Positions 39,615-52,609 of a DNA stretch of 64,000 nucleotides are shown in pieces. The first letter of the stretch is position 1; every line of letters begins with the position of its first letter. Position numbers and translations under genes: made by a program. The notes under the pieces were generated by a model, which had not been told where the DNA came from, searched no databases, and saw only the letters and a list, made by a program, of their open reading frames with translations. Location: assembly GCA_977016875.1 (NCBI GenBank), contig CDRNST010000090.1, positions 1,736,001 to 1,800,000 of the forward strand. Reading direction: 5' to 3'. The stretch comes from Pavona decussata (taxonomy: Eukaryota).

Positions 39615-42600
39615 GCACGTGGAATAATTGTTAAGTAGACCCAAGATAGGATCCTCTCTTGGTAGACGTGCAAGTATGCTTCGCCGGGAAGGACTGGAAT
39701 CTCGGTCTCCCGATAACGTGATAACCGCTACACAACAGGCGAACCTAAAATGAAAGCGGGCGAAATAGCATAGCTAAATGTCCATATACCCTGAAAAGTA
39801 CTGATTCAACTGCGATTCTATTTCATATTTTCTCAGAAAAAGTGCTGTGGTTCGATCCTCTGGGATGCTTCAGGGATAAGGGACCGAAGGCATGGAGGTA
39901 CCCCAACCTTCGTGCAATAAAATACTTAATCGAAAACTTCCGCAGGCGGATCGATAACTGGGCAAACTTCATATACGTCATCACAAACTGTGCCGTGAGA
40001 GCCCGAGCCGCCGGATGCAGCTGCTTTGGTATTCAGTTCTATGGTGAATGTTGGTGTGATCCCTTGGCCTGTTCCACTTACCACATCTACAAAAAATCGA
40101 GAAAGTGCATTGGAGGCGTTGGTCTTCACTGGGCCAACTTCGTTTACCGAGGGAAATGTGGATCAAGTAATGATGAAGAATTTTTTTAACAATTGACTTC
40201 CTGGAGGGTCTCAATGGGAGGATAGCTTTGACAGTTGACGGTTTTAGGGCTTTTGACGATTGACGATTATCAAGGGGAAATTTCTTCCAAGATGAGCTAA
40301 AATTAATATTAACTTTTGTGTTTTTTAATATTAACAAATGTGTTCTGGAGGTTGTTTTGTGGTCAGAAACATGTAGTGTACCATTAATGTTTTGAAACAG
40401 GAAGTGGAAAAGACAGAAAGTGAGCAGATTTTGGAACATGAAAACCGGTTCACCAGTTGAAACCGATTCTTCGAGAGCCAGAAGTCTGGGATGAGCAGCT
40501 GAAATCATGAGTGATTTTTCAGACCTTGAAACCGTTTGACGGCTAATAATAACCGGTTTTTTACGGTTGATGGTAAAATATTGTCCTTTTTTGACGGTTA
40601 ACGGTTAAATTTTAGGCTGTTTGACGGCTGACGGGTGACCCCACTGAGACCCTGTTCATGGACTTGCGAGAAATAGGTGATCTGAACTGATTTTAAACGT
40701 GGTTTTGTATTTGAGTCTGAAATATCGAAGATTGCCGGTATTTTTGGTGTAAATGTTTGAGAAGCTCAGAAAATTTCCACCTTGGATTTTATAGGAAACG
40801 ACATTCCATTCCCTTAATCTGCCTTATTCTTTAAATTTAAATTTCAACTTAACGATCCGATAAATCAAATTTATTTACAGGAGGCTCTTGTAGTATACGA
40901 AAAATTACATCAGTCGAAAGTATCATTTACAATTTTCTGTCTCCGTTATCAAGCTGTTGTTTCTCTTGCTTTCTTTTTCGTGTTTGACTGCTAGTATTAC
41001 GAAATATATCAGTGAAACACGCGAAAGAGTGCTTCATCTTAAATCAAACACTAAGAAATGGGATGAAAAAATGAGATGCAGTCAGTGAAACAATCTCTGT
41101 GGTGTTCTTATAGCTACTCAAACCAAAAATAATTCTAAGAGAAATTCTAAGCAAACTGTCACCAAATTTTATGATAATCGGATCAAATTTCAAAACCTTC
41201 TCTCTGTAGATTAAGAATTCGGCTTCAATTACTCTCATTTTGTTCATAGTTTTTGGATGCTGTAAAGATGGTGCTATGCCGGCCCTGGGTCCCAACTATG
41301 CAGGATGTCCAGGTGTGTATCTGTGTGTGTTTTAGTGTTAGTCATCCGATACATTAAATGAAATGATTATACGATGTACCACTTTTGGGATGTGCCTAAG
41401 AATAACAGTCACAAGTACTGCGCATGCGTACGTCAGGCTATTCATCAAATCAAACGTTTCAACAAATCTTAACTTCATGTAAGACCCAGATCCGCGTCAA
41501 TTATGTCGCAGATCAGTTTATCAATTTCCTTTTAAGGAAATTTTAAGAAAATATTAAGAAATTAAGCATTTATCAATCAACGTAGTCTAACTGGCATTTC
41601 CGAGGACCTATATTTTTTTAAGATCAACTGTTTAGATGCGTCGTCGTGTTTAACACGTTAAAGCAAAATGATTCGAACATGATTCTCAATCTTAGATTGC
41701 AGGACGGAAGTGGATTTGGTGTTCGTTATTGACGCCTCAGGGAGCATCGGAATAAACAACTTTAAAATGACAAAACAAATCCTGGTCAACCTAACCCGTC
41801 ATTTCTCCGTCAGCGCCACGCACGCACGAGTTGGCATCGTAAGATACTCTACAGCACCACGACGAATTTTCAGCTTGCCAAGGTCACAGAGGCTGGGCTT
41901 CATGGGGCTCGAGAAGAAACTCATCGGGATGCGTTACACTAGGGGCGGAACAAGGACCGGTGAAGCTCTAATGATGGCTTACAGAATGTTTACGCGTTCT
42001 CGTAGAAGGTTTCTTGGTCAAAACGTATACCATAAGCAGGTATTACTTTTACTGCTAACTAAATGGTAATGATCCGGTTAACAAACGGTATGTTTTTCTA
42101 TCAAAATGGCGTGTTTGGCTGAAAAGCTAGCCGAGTCGGCAAGGTTGGTAAGGATGTTGCTAGACAACAAGGATGTGTCCCCACGGAACAATGCACGTGA
42201 CTTGGTCACGCCTTTTCCAGCCTACTGATATCAGAAATTTATTGCTACACGCAATGTCCACTGTGGGTCAGCAGCGTCAAGTTGGAGTCCAATTTAACTA
42301 CAAGTAGTCTCTTGTTTTTTGCACATGCTAGTTGTATAAAACTCCACATCGAACGTTAAAATACTGTTTTTGGCGAATTAAGCGTCCGTCGTTAGCAGTT
42401 AAAAGTCCGAAGTTTTTAGTAACTAGCCCCTGAGACTTACTCCAATATGACACATGGAAATAGTTTGCCCTGCATTTCACTCGGAATAAGATGCACCAAA
42501 TTACAGCGTTTTGAGGAAACATGCCTGTCAACTGGACGCGTAAAGTACTGGAAAAGTAATATTGATTGCATGTATCAAAAACTTCACCCAAAAAACATTT

Positions 42601-45600
42601 TCAAAATATTGTGCAATCGATTAGTATCGATCTCTCTTCATCCTTAGTCCTTGCCTGCGCTAAGGGTTGGGTGAAATAAGACTAGTCTTGGATGTAATAA
42701 AAAACATTTTTTACTCTCAATGTATTAACTCTCCCCTCTCCCCCTCAGGTTTGTATTGTCCTGACCGACGGTCTTACCAACCCAATAGACGTGCCGACAC
42801 TTAACATTGCCACGAAAGCTCTAAAGCGCATTTCTCACGTGATAGCGGTCGGTGTGGCTGGAAAAGGATACAACGCCGGGGAAAGGCAACAGCAGAGAGA
42901 CGAGCTGAGTAAGATTGCCAGCAGCTTTGAAGATTTATTTTACGAGGCATCCTTTGAACAGGTCAGGGATCACGTGGATCCGATAGCCAAACGCGCATGC
43001 CCTCTGACACCCAAATTAGTGTAAGTACAACAATCATCTGTTAAAAGCTTGTCGAGCCCAAGTTTGCACGTGAGAGGTACTCGCACACAACAGTGATATT
43101 TACGGTCGAATTCTTTGTTCATCCCTCAACGTCCTTCGATTTCATTCTCAGACATAATTAATTCCAGTAGACACTTCAATCAATGTGATATTCACATTAC
43201 TGGTTTCCCATTTCTGCTATCAATGTTGTTCGTCACCTCTGTCATTTGCAAACTTGCATAATCATCAGTATGACGAGGAGAGAAACACGTTACCTGAGCC
43301 AACATTTGTGTGGTGAATAGTAATCAGACAAATAAACAGTTAGAATACTACAGAAAGCACTGAGGTTTTACGTAGCCACTAGAACATAAATTAGCGAACG
43401 CTTCGAACAAAACTGAGAATTACATACTCATTTAGTACCATTAACCGTTTTAATGGCTTATGTTGTTCATTGTCATTCCGCTACCTGACCCACATTGAGA
43501 GGGAGCGTAAACCACAGCTGTCCAGACTTAAGTCTTGAATTTTAATCATGAGTATGGTAATGACGACGACGATGACGACGACGATGATGACGATGATGGC
43601 ACACAAAAAGAACAGTGAGCTTTACGCACACATTCTACACGTTCTCGCTCTTCTTATCAATTTAAAAAATCAAAATTGAGAGGGCAAGAACAAGAACCAA
43701 TGGTAGGTATTTCCCATTTAGTGTTTCAGACCACTTTTAAAACACCAAATGAAGGGTTAACCCCCAATGAAAAAAAGAGGGCCTGGGTCTACCCAAGAGG
43801 CTCCACGAACTAAGACCTCGTGGTCCCATGATGCTTTTGTGGCTTTTTTCCTTGTGCTTCAAACCAATCGGTAGGTAAGTTTGTATATGCTTACTTTTAT
43901 GACTCGCTTTTATGATTTCCACTGTGTTTTTCTGACAGTGGGCCTATGTTTTTTTGTTGTTGTTGTTTTTCGTTTTTTTAATTTCTTCTTCTTTTCAGGA
44001 GATTGCCCTTTCCATGTATGTCTTCAAGACGTCACAAATCTCAAAAGAGAGATTGTTCGCGGTTGCCATGCATCTTCCCGCCAAACTCGGCTTTTTCTGC
44101 GGAGAATCACAATGATCATTCACCGCCAGAGCACTGCAAAGAGAACGGTTCTCTGCAGACGACTGCCAACTCCATCGAAACGCCGTGCTTTCAAAGCCGG
44201 GTTAATAGATTCTCGCTCATTTCAGAAATAATTTATTCCGGGCATAAGTGATGTGAACGATGATGATACGTTGTCCATTATGGCGGACATGTCTAACCTG
44301 GACTCCTGCCCACCTTGTATGCCTAATGGGGCACCAGTAGAGCCCAATGAGGCACCAGAAAAGCTACATGTAGCATTAGCAGAGTCTTCTAAGACACAAA
44401 AGAATACGAAGAATACCGTGCGTCTTGAGATGAACTGTGACGATCACGGCCTTTTTGATCCAGTTGCTAAGTTGGACACCAATTTTCGGGGAAAATTATC
44501 TTATCAGCGGTCGCTTGTTATTCTAAATGACTAGGCTATCTCAGATGTGGATTCCCTTCAAACTCCAAAGTTTTATCAGCAGTTGCCTTTAAAAATGAGA
44601 AAGTTCGTCGAAGAATTAAATTGAAAAAGAAATGTTTACCGTTCAGAGTGCCCTTTTAAATGCTTCAGGCCCTTTTTGTGGCCTTCATGATGCTATTGAA
44701 TCTGGTACATCTCCAACTTATGAAGAAATCAAACTTGTTTCGGAGTAAACACTACCTTCTAGGCTAAGCAAGCACTCAACTGTCGATGTTGAGGCGATAG
44801 AGGATCGTTGCAGCCATTAATAGTTTTCGAGAATAAACATCGCCGAGTGTCTTAGCCTAATGCGTAAGCTTGGTTATCTGGAGATGACTTCTCTTCCTGT
44901 TCCCTCAAACGGCCTCCAAACCCACCGCTACACGTGTTAACAGTTCTATGGAGAATTTTTTTATCTTCTAAATATAACTCCAGTAGAGCATCTTCGAATG
45001 CCTCAAAAGCACAATCATATCGAACTACAACGCATCTCGGTCAAAATTAAAAATGGAACTTTTTGTTCCCCAAAGGGACATTAGCCAGACTTTCACACTG
45101 CATAGTAGGAAGGAGAACCCTAACATCGGATCCAGAGATTCGTTTTTCTTTTTTCAGGTAACAAGATGCGTTTTTCCAGATCCCTTTTCAAAAATCTCTC
45201 CAAGTTACCAAAGCATCAGGTCAGAGGGTAATTCTAATTTCTCAGGAAGTCAATGAATCGCTACACAAAGGAGCTATAAAAATTAATCCTTTATCAAAAT
45301 GAGAGTTTTACAGTCGTCTGGTCCTTGTTCGTAAAAAGGACAAACCAATGCGTCCTGTGATAGATCTGAGTTCTCTAAACAAGTTCATAATCTAATCAAC
45401 AAGCACTTCCAGATCAGTGGAAAATTTAAGTTAAAGACTTAGCTTTTGCCAAGTGATTTTATGACCAGTGTATATTTAAAAGACGCATACCCTTCGGTTA
45501 CCTTTCACGAATGTTCACAAAAGTTCCTTCGTTCATTTGGAAGGGAAACTGCCATCAGTTCAAAGCTCTCTCGTTCGGCCTGTATTCAGCTCCCTGCATG

Positions 45601-47954
45601 TTGAAACCAGTTGCTGCCTTCCTAAGAAAGAAGTCTTTTCGAGTACTCATATACCTTTTCGATTTTCTTCTTTTAGCTCAATCGTAGGAAGAAGCGATCA
45701 GAAATACTCAACTTTGAGTAGCACTCCTTCAGTCCTTAGGTTACACTGTGAACCTCAAGAAATCCTCTCTACCTCCAACACAAGTGATCCCTTTCCTGGG
45801 TTTCAATATCCCTTAAAAGCCTATGATAATTTCACTCCCAACAGCAAAAGTGCACAAAATTCCTCACACGACTCTCTAACGTCGCTTTCACAGACATCTT
45901 TGCGACCGCCTCTCACATTCTAGGAAGAGACAATGTGTCTGCAGATACAGAGTCGAGGGTATTCAAAGACATGAACGAATAAAAGTTGAATCCAACCGTT
46001 AAACAACCCTTTCTGCAGAATTGTTAGGCCGATCTGTTTGCAAGTCGCCTGACTACTGTACTCAGCTCAAGAATTATATCAGCTGGAGGCCCGACCCAGG
46101 GGCCATCCACACAGATAACTTTACAATCCACTGGGCTCCCTTGAAGGCTTATATTATATATTTCAACCCCATAACCAAAAAGTACGAGGTGATGGTCGAC
46201 ACTACAGAGATAATTCTTGTTGCTCCAGTATGGCAGGCACAACTCTACTGAGTGGCCGGTTCTGCTGAAACTCCTAATAATCCAACCCGTACTTCTACCG
46301 AACAACCCAACCGACCTCAAGAGAGTCCACCCAATGTACCCTCGACTACACTAGGCCATATTTCACATTTCTACCGACGCTTCCAAGCTGCGGGCATTCC
46401 GGGAGACGTTGTCAAACTACTTATCGTAGCGACGAGTGCCTCCACATAAAAAACTTATGAATCAAGTTGGAACCTTTAGTGTCGGTGGTGTTCTGGAAGA
46501 CAAACTGATCCCGTTCATACATCTTTAAATGATATCCCAGTATTGGTGACAGAAGCTTTCAATGAAGGTTAAGCTTACAGATTACTCAATATCCTTTGGT
46601 CTCCTATTTTGTCTACTCATATCATTCTTCAATAGATGGATTCTCTGTTGGGCAACATCGGTGTGCCTCTAGGATCCTTAGAGAGATTCTCCGTACACGC
46701 CCTCCTAAACCTAGGTACTGACATACCTGGAGCGTTGATATCATCGTTAGATACTTTGGTTCTCTTGGTAAAAAGGAAGTCCCTTTCACTGAAAGGTTTT
46801 CCATGAAGTTAGTCACTCTGTTCACATTAACATGTCCTGAAAGGATTTCTGCCCTGGCTACTCTGGATCTCAGACATTGCAGTGTTCATCAAGAAGAGCG
46901 TCGTTTAACCTTTCTACTCCTAGCCTAAAAGCAGGTAAACAAGCAGAAGCCTTCTTTGTCCGTTTTGAACAAGGCAAAAACCTATATCCAGTAGAATGAT
47001 TTCGGTTATATCTCAAGGTAACCATAAATATTCATTTTGTCATTTCGTCCTCTCAACCGGACAGATTGCTCCTCTCCTCATTCGTCCCCACAAGTCCGTC
47101 ACGTCTACGACTTTAGGACACTTGCTGAGAACCTTTACGAAAGCAGCAGGAATAGACAGTCAAATCTTCAAAGCTCACTCTGTGAGTGGTGCTTCAATGA
47201 CAATAGCAGCCTTTCTTCCATTTTCAACCATCGTGGCTGTGGCTGATTGGTCTTTCCGTTCAACTTTTAGGACCTTCTATTACAAACTTTTGTTTAACTC
47301 AGACTTTGCGATGGGTGTATTATCGTCGAAGTAGATGACTGGTAGTTTTCAACGCTACTTGAAGGCCATGCAGATTAGAAGGGAATCGACAAAGTTTAAC
47401 AAGAACTCTTTTAATGAACAAAGCACGTTACTCAAACTGAAGAAACAGAATAAGAATGCATCCTTAAACGGAGACTGTGCATAAATACTTGAAGTGATAA
47501 TTCATATTATATTAACAGACGAAGTGAGAAATACATGAGTTCTTTCCCATACCCCTCCCTATATTTATTCCATTGTCGTCACTAGCCACAGAAGCATTAT
47601 GGGACCATGAGGTCTTGCATCCTGGGGCCTCTTGGGTAGACCCAGCCCCTATTCCTTTTTCACTGGGTGATATTTACGTACCATAACATCCTTTAACCCC
47701 ATCCTCGTTCCCAGAACTTTTTTCTCGTAAATTGGGAGGTCTCCCTTTCTCCCCATCCCTCCCCCCAATTTACAAAGGAAAGCCCTGGGAACGAGGTTGT
47801 CATGTCCCCCTTCCTAACAATGCAGCTGAAGTGAAGATATATCCGATCTGTCCCAAAGTAACATGGAATATAAGTAGAGACACAGCGGGACTATCAACTC
47901 ACTTATGATAGCTATAGATTTTACTTTTTTTTTATTTTTTTCAATTACAGGTAA
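36982..47954 (+). CDS. Secreted modular protein, copy A: signal peptide + acidic pro-region + Lys-rich tract + WSC-like Cys-rich domain + lagrin-like motif + VWA domain (about 472 aa)
   Basis: Exons 36982-37387, 39837-40166, 41250-41312, 41696-42039, 42749-43020, 47951-47954 (G+TAA); all GT-AG with matching phases. MQFFLLMPLIIFFATFKLAYG is the signal. GCFRD...FGIQFYGECW...GVGLHWANFVYR is the Cys-rich domain. FGCCKDGAMPALGPNYAGCP is the lagrin-like motif. VWA: DLVFVIDASGS...GGTRTG...VLTDG. If the last intron is unspliced the stop is at 43024. Confidence 0.85.
37926..38143. mobile_element. MITE with telomere-like core, specific to gene copy A
   Basis: TIR ggcgaccct / agggttgcc and subterminal IR ggaatggcggaaaatca / tgatttccgccattcc. 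Direct repeat gccatctgc at 37917-37925 and 38144-38152. Copy B has the empty site (about 56761). The core is (ccctaa/taaccct)-like. Confidence 0.75.
39335..39635. mobile_element. Short element with 3' hairpin, specific to copy A intron
   Basis: attattccac...gttggaaatgagatga..atagccaac / gttggctat..tcatctcatatccaac...gtggaataat palindrome; missing from copy B (about 57890). Confidence 0.65.
40204..40653. mobile_element. MITE with gacggtt subrepeats (complete in copy A, only the left end in copy B)
   Basis: TIR agggtctcaatggg / cccactgagaccct; the left ~60 bp recurs at about 58470-58530. Confidence 0.65.
43760..47668 (+). mobile_element. Decayed DIRS-type (tyrosine recombinase) retrotransposon with inverted terminal repeats
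   Basis: Approximately 85-bp ITRs at 43762-43844 and 47584-47668 (ctgggtctacccaagagg...tggtccca / tgggacca...cctcttgggtagacccag). Frameshifted RT about 45260-45720 (FYSRLVLVRKKDKPMRPVIDLSSLNKF, LKDAY, QFKALSFGL). Methyltransferase-like remnant about 46020-46380 (SWRPDPGAIHTD, LVAPVWQAQ). Tyrosine recombinase C-terminus 46996-47334 (FKAHSVSGAS...ADWSFRSTFRTFY). Absent from the matching intron of copy B. Confidence 0.85.
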
Positions 47955-49410
47955 CGGTACTTCGCTTGCTGGCGTAAAATGGCATGCTGAAAGTCGTGGG
48001 ATGAATTTTTGGGTGTTTGGGGAATTTCTTCAAGTGTTTATATCATAAGTAATGTAGAATTGTACAAAGATTTCAGGAAAAGAACAAAAGTTTCAAAACA
48101 TGTTTCCGGTTAGAGTTTACATTCATCACAATTTATGAAAATTGTTGTCAATTGATGGTAACAGCCAAAGTGAACGTCGAAACATGTCTAAGAGATGTTG
48201 TTCTTTTTCTCAATTGTTATGTACAGTGATGTGGAAATAATAAAGACAGGGAGTTTAAAAACAAAATACTTGTGCATTGTGAAGTTTCTTAGCAATAGTA
48301 TTTATAAGAAATCGAAAAGTCGTTTCTTCTATCTTTGCCAGGTTCCGATCAGTTTTTCGAGCTTGTCCTGGACAATAAATTAAGCGAAGTTTTCATTTCT
48401 TTTACTACAAAATGCTGAATTTGAGTATGAAATAATATTTATACCCTTTCCCAAGCCATCGCAAGGAATCGATCGCTGTCAACGGTGGATTAAGTTCCCG
48501 CCAAAATTTTGAGGCCGATAATTTTATTAATATAACCACAAACACTGACATCTCTGCACTTCACTGGCCAGGGGGAAAAGGCTCCGACCCCTTGAAAGGG
48601 AATTTTACATCACGCGAAGACGTCAAAGCATCGGGTTCAAAGCGTTAAGTTTTATTTCTCCTCGCTCCAGTCTCGCCGTTCTTTGAGCGCACCCTCTCGA
48701 CTGCTCTCGACAAATCCTCGACTAACCAGAAAGGGACTGCTTGCAGTCTAAAAGCACCAAAACCAAGAGTCATGGGAAACAAACGGACAGGAAAAGAAGA
48801 TTCTAACTTGCTGCTTCCTTCGACTTCGTACTTGACAAAAATGGTTCACACGTGCGGGTAAATCACTCCTTTTACCTGCTTATTTTAAGCCCCGACAGTT
48901 CAACCATCGCTCCAGTTGTTTCACCTCACAGTATAGCTTTCAGGTAACCAGCGATCAGGCGTTCTTTCTTTCGGGGAAGCGCGAAAGTGTGGCAGCGTGA
49001 GAGTCGGCGGTCTGGAGAAGGGAAGAAAAAAACAATGCCTGATACAACCGACCATTTCTGAGTTGCTTTGAACCTCATTATGAAAGCGAGGCTAAGTGCA
49101 AAGTCTTTGTTATGAAAATTAGTCTCGCTTTCATAGTGAGGTTCACAGCAGCTCGGAAATGGCCTATTACTGCACGAGTCGTCTGCCGTCAGTCCAGAAT
49201 CTGGATTTTTTTCTAATTGGTCGAAAAACAAAAGATTCTTTCAATCACGTTCCAATTGGTTACATGATTGCATGTTTGACTTCCGGTGTAATTTCAAAAT
49301 TATGGCTACTGCCGAGGGAAATGTGAACAGCCAATTTTCCGCTGCTCTTACTTCGTCTCTTGGAGAGTTCATCCACAAATCGTGAAAAGATGAGCAGACA
49401 GAAAATGCAT

Positions 49411-49505
49411 CAACCTCGTTCCCAGGGTCTCTCATCTTCCCGCCCAAGCGAGAGAGGAGAGACCTCTCTTGGGCGGGAAGATGAGAGACCCTGGGAACGA
49501 GGTTG
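49411..49505. mobile_element. Palindromic mini-MITE (caacctcgttcccagg family)
   Basis: Near-perfect hairpin caacctcgttcccagggtctctcatcttcc...ggaagatgagagaccctgggaacgaggttg. Related copies at about 47700-47798, 61848-61890 and 585-620. Confidence 0.8.
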
Positions 49506-50449
49506 AAAATGCATCCGAAGGATCGTTTGCTTCGAAAAAGATGTTTTAGCCGTACTTTCAAAGGGAGACAGGGAACGTTGACATTTTTGTTTAGGGCCAG
49601 CAGTGCTGAACAATGGCTGAGTGATCGACAGAGGAAGGCGTTTAATACGGTGTGGCAATCTTCACTAGACGTAGGGTTTGATGGAGGATTAGATCAACAA
49701 TTTAATTATGTACATGCAAACTAGTTTTTTAAAATTAATTTAACTATTTACTCCTATTACTAATTAGGTTAGAGTGTTTTTAAATTCAATTGGATCTTAT
49801 TATTGTAAAGATAGATTTTAGTTTAAACTTAAACCTCCTAGTGTAGTTTTTACTGTTTTAGGAGAACCTCTATGAAGGTAATCGATGAAGTTTCACATAG
49901 TCGCAACCTGGTTAGTTTAATACACGATGATAATGTCGACGTTCGAGCTGAAGTTTTCCACGCTCGCATGCAATGAAGCATGAAGATGGCTTCCTCGATA
50001 AATGCCTAAAAGTTTGGAAAACGTTAATTTCGAGAGCTCAGCTGTCTCTTTTCGGCTTAGAGAATGCCATTGTGTAGTTTTAGAAATTTTAGAATTAGCA
50101 TTTAAAATTTCTCTAAGAAATGTGGCTGTTTGAAGCCTCACGCTCGAAGAAAGTTTTCATCACCTTTCATCAACACGGGGAGCTTTCTCATTACTGACAG
50201 TTTATTTGTCTTTTTGCTCGGGGTTTAAATTCGATGACGTCATTTGCGCGCTGCGCTATTATTACGAGGGAGCAAATATTAATACATGACCTCTGCACCC
50301 AACCGGCTCTTTCTCAGTTCTCTCCACAAGAGGGAGAAATGTCTGGCGGACGTGAGCAATCAAATCAACCGTGACTTGTGCGGCATTGGGTACACAATGT
50401 GGGTACCGTAAGCTCACTCAATTTGTTTTTCTTTTTTTCTTTTTTTTTT

Positions 50450-52556
50450 TTTCTTTTTTTTCATCTGTGAGAAGTTCATTCTTTTTCTCATCTGAATCTG
50501 AGAAAAGCTCACTCATTTTTTTTTCTTTTTTATCTGTGAAAAGTTCACTCATTTTCTCATCTGAGAAAAGCTCACTCCTTTTCTCATCTTTGAAAAGTTC
50601 ACCCATTTCCTCATCTGTGAAAATCTCACTCATTTTCTCATCTGTAAAATTAGCTCACTCATTTTCTCATCTGTGTAAAGCAAACTCATTTTCTCATTTG
50701 TGAAAAGCTCACTCATTTTCTCATCTGTGAAAAGCTCACTCATTTTCTCATCTGTGAAAAGCTCACTCATTTTCTCATCTGTGAAAAGCTCGCTCATTTT
50801 CTCACCTGTGAAAAGCTCACTCATTTTCTCATCTGTGAAAAGCTCACTCATTTTCTCATCTGTGAAAAGCTCACTCATTTTCTCATCTGTGAAAAGCTCA
50901 CTCATTTTCTCATCTGTGAAAAGCTCACTCATTTTCTCATCTGTGAAAAGCTCACTCATTTTCTCATCTGTGGAAAGCTCACTCATTTTCTCATCTGTGA
51001 AAAGCTCACTCATTTTCTCATCTATGAAAAGCTCACTCATTTTCTCATCTGAGAAAAGCTCACTCATTTTCTCATCTTTGAAAAGTTCACCCATTTTCTC
51101 ATCTGTGAAAATCTCACTCATTTTCTCATCTTTGAAAAGCTCACTCATTTTCTCATCTGTGTAAAGCAAACTCATTTTCTCATTTGTGAAAAGTGCACTC
51201 ATTTTCTCATCTTTGAAAAGCTCACTCATTTTTTCATCTGTGAAAAGCTCCCTCATTTTCTCATCTGTGAAAAGCTCACTCATTTTCTCATCTGTGAAAA
51301 GCTCACTCATTTTCTCATCTGTGAAAAGCTCCCTCATTTTTCTCATCTGTGAAAAGCTCCCTCATTTTCTCATCTTTGAAAAGCTCACTCATTTTTTCAT
51401 CTGTGGAAAGCTCACTCATTTTCTCATCTGTGAAAAGCTCACTCATTTTCTCATCTGTGAAAACCTCACTCATTTTCTCGTCTGTGAAAAGCTCACTCAT
51501 TTTCTCATCTGTGGAAAGCTCACTCATTTTCTCATCTGTGAAAAGCTCACTCATTTTCTCATCTGTGAAAACCTCACTCATTTTCTCGTCTGTGAAAAGC
51601 TCACTCATTTTCTCATCTGTGGAAAGCTCACTCATTTTCTCATCTGTGAAAAGCTCACTCATTTTCTCATCTGTGAAAAGCTCACTCATTTTCTCATCTG
51701 TGAAAAGCAAACTCATTTTCTCATCTGTGAAAAGCTCACTCATTTTCTCATCTATGAAAAGCTCACTCATTTTCTCATCTGAGAAAAGCTCACTCATTTT
51801 CTCATCTTTGAAAAGTTCACCCATTTTCTCATCTGTGAAAATCTCACTCATTTTCTCATCTTTGAAAAGCTCACTCATTTTCTCATCTGTGTAAAGCAAA
51901 CTCATTTTCTCATTTGTGAAAAGTGCACTCATTTTCTCATCTGTGAAAAGCTCACTCATTTTTTCATCTGTGAAAAGCTCCCTCATTTTCTCATCTGTGA
52001 AAAGCTCACTCATTTTCTCATCTGTGAAAAGCTCACTCATTTTCTCATCTGTGAAAAGCTCACTCATTTTCTCATCTGTGGAAAGCTCACTCATTTTCTC
52101 ATCTGTGAAAAGCTCCCTCATTTTTCTCATCTGTGAAAAGCTCCCTCATTTTCTCATCTTTGAAAAGCTCACTCATTTTTTCATCTGTGGAAAGCTCACT
52201 CATTTTCTCATCTGTGAAAAGCTCACTCATTTTCTCATCTGTGAAAACCTCACTCATTTTCTCGTCTGTGAAAAGCTCACTCATTTTCTCATCTGTGGAA
52301 AGCTCACTCATTTTCTCATCTGTGAAAAGCTCACTCATTTTCTCATCTGTGAAAAGCTCACTCATTTTCTCATCTGTGAAAAGCAAACTCATTTTCTCAT
52401 CTGTGAAAAGCTCACTCATTTTCTCATCTGTGAAAAGCTCACTCATTTTCTCATCTGTGAAAAGCTCACTCATTTTCTCATCTGAGAAAAGCTCACTCAT
52501 TTTCTCATCTGTGAAAAGCTTACTCATTTTCTCATCTGTGAAAAGCTTACTCATTT
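50450..52556. repeat. 27-bp satellite/minisatellite array, about 78 units
   Basis: Unit tcatctgtgaaaagctcactcattttc; it produces the FTDEKMSEL / VKSSLIFSS pseudo-ORFs. Confidence 0.97.
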
Positions 52557-52609
52557 TAGCTCGTGAAAGCAGCCAACGAATTATTGCTGACAGTGTACAG
52601 TTCCACCAA

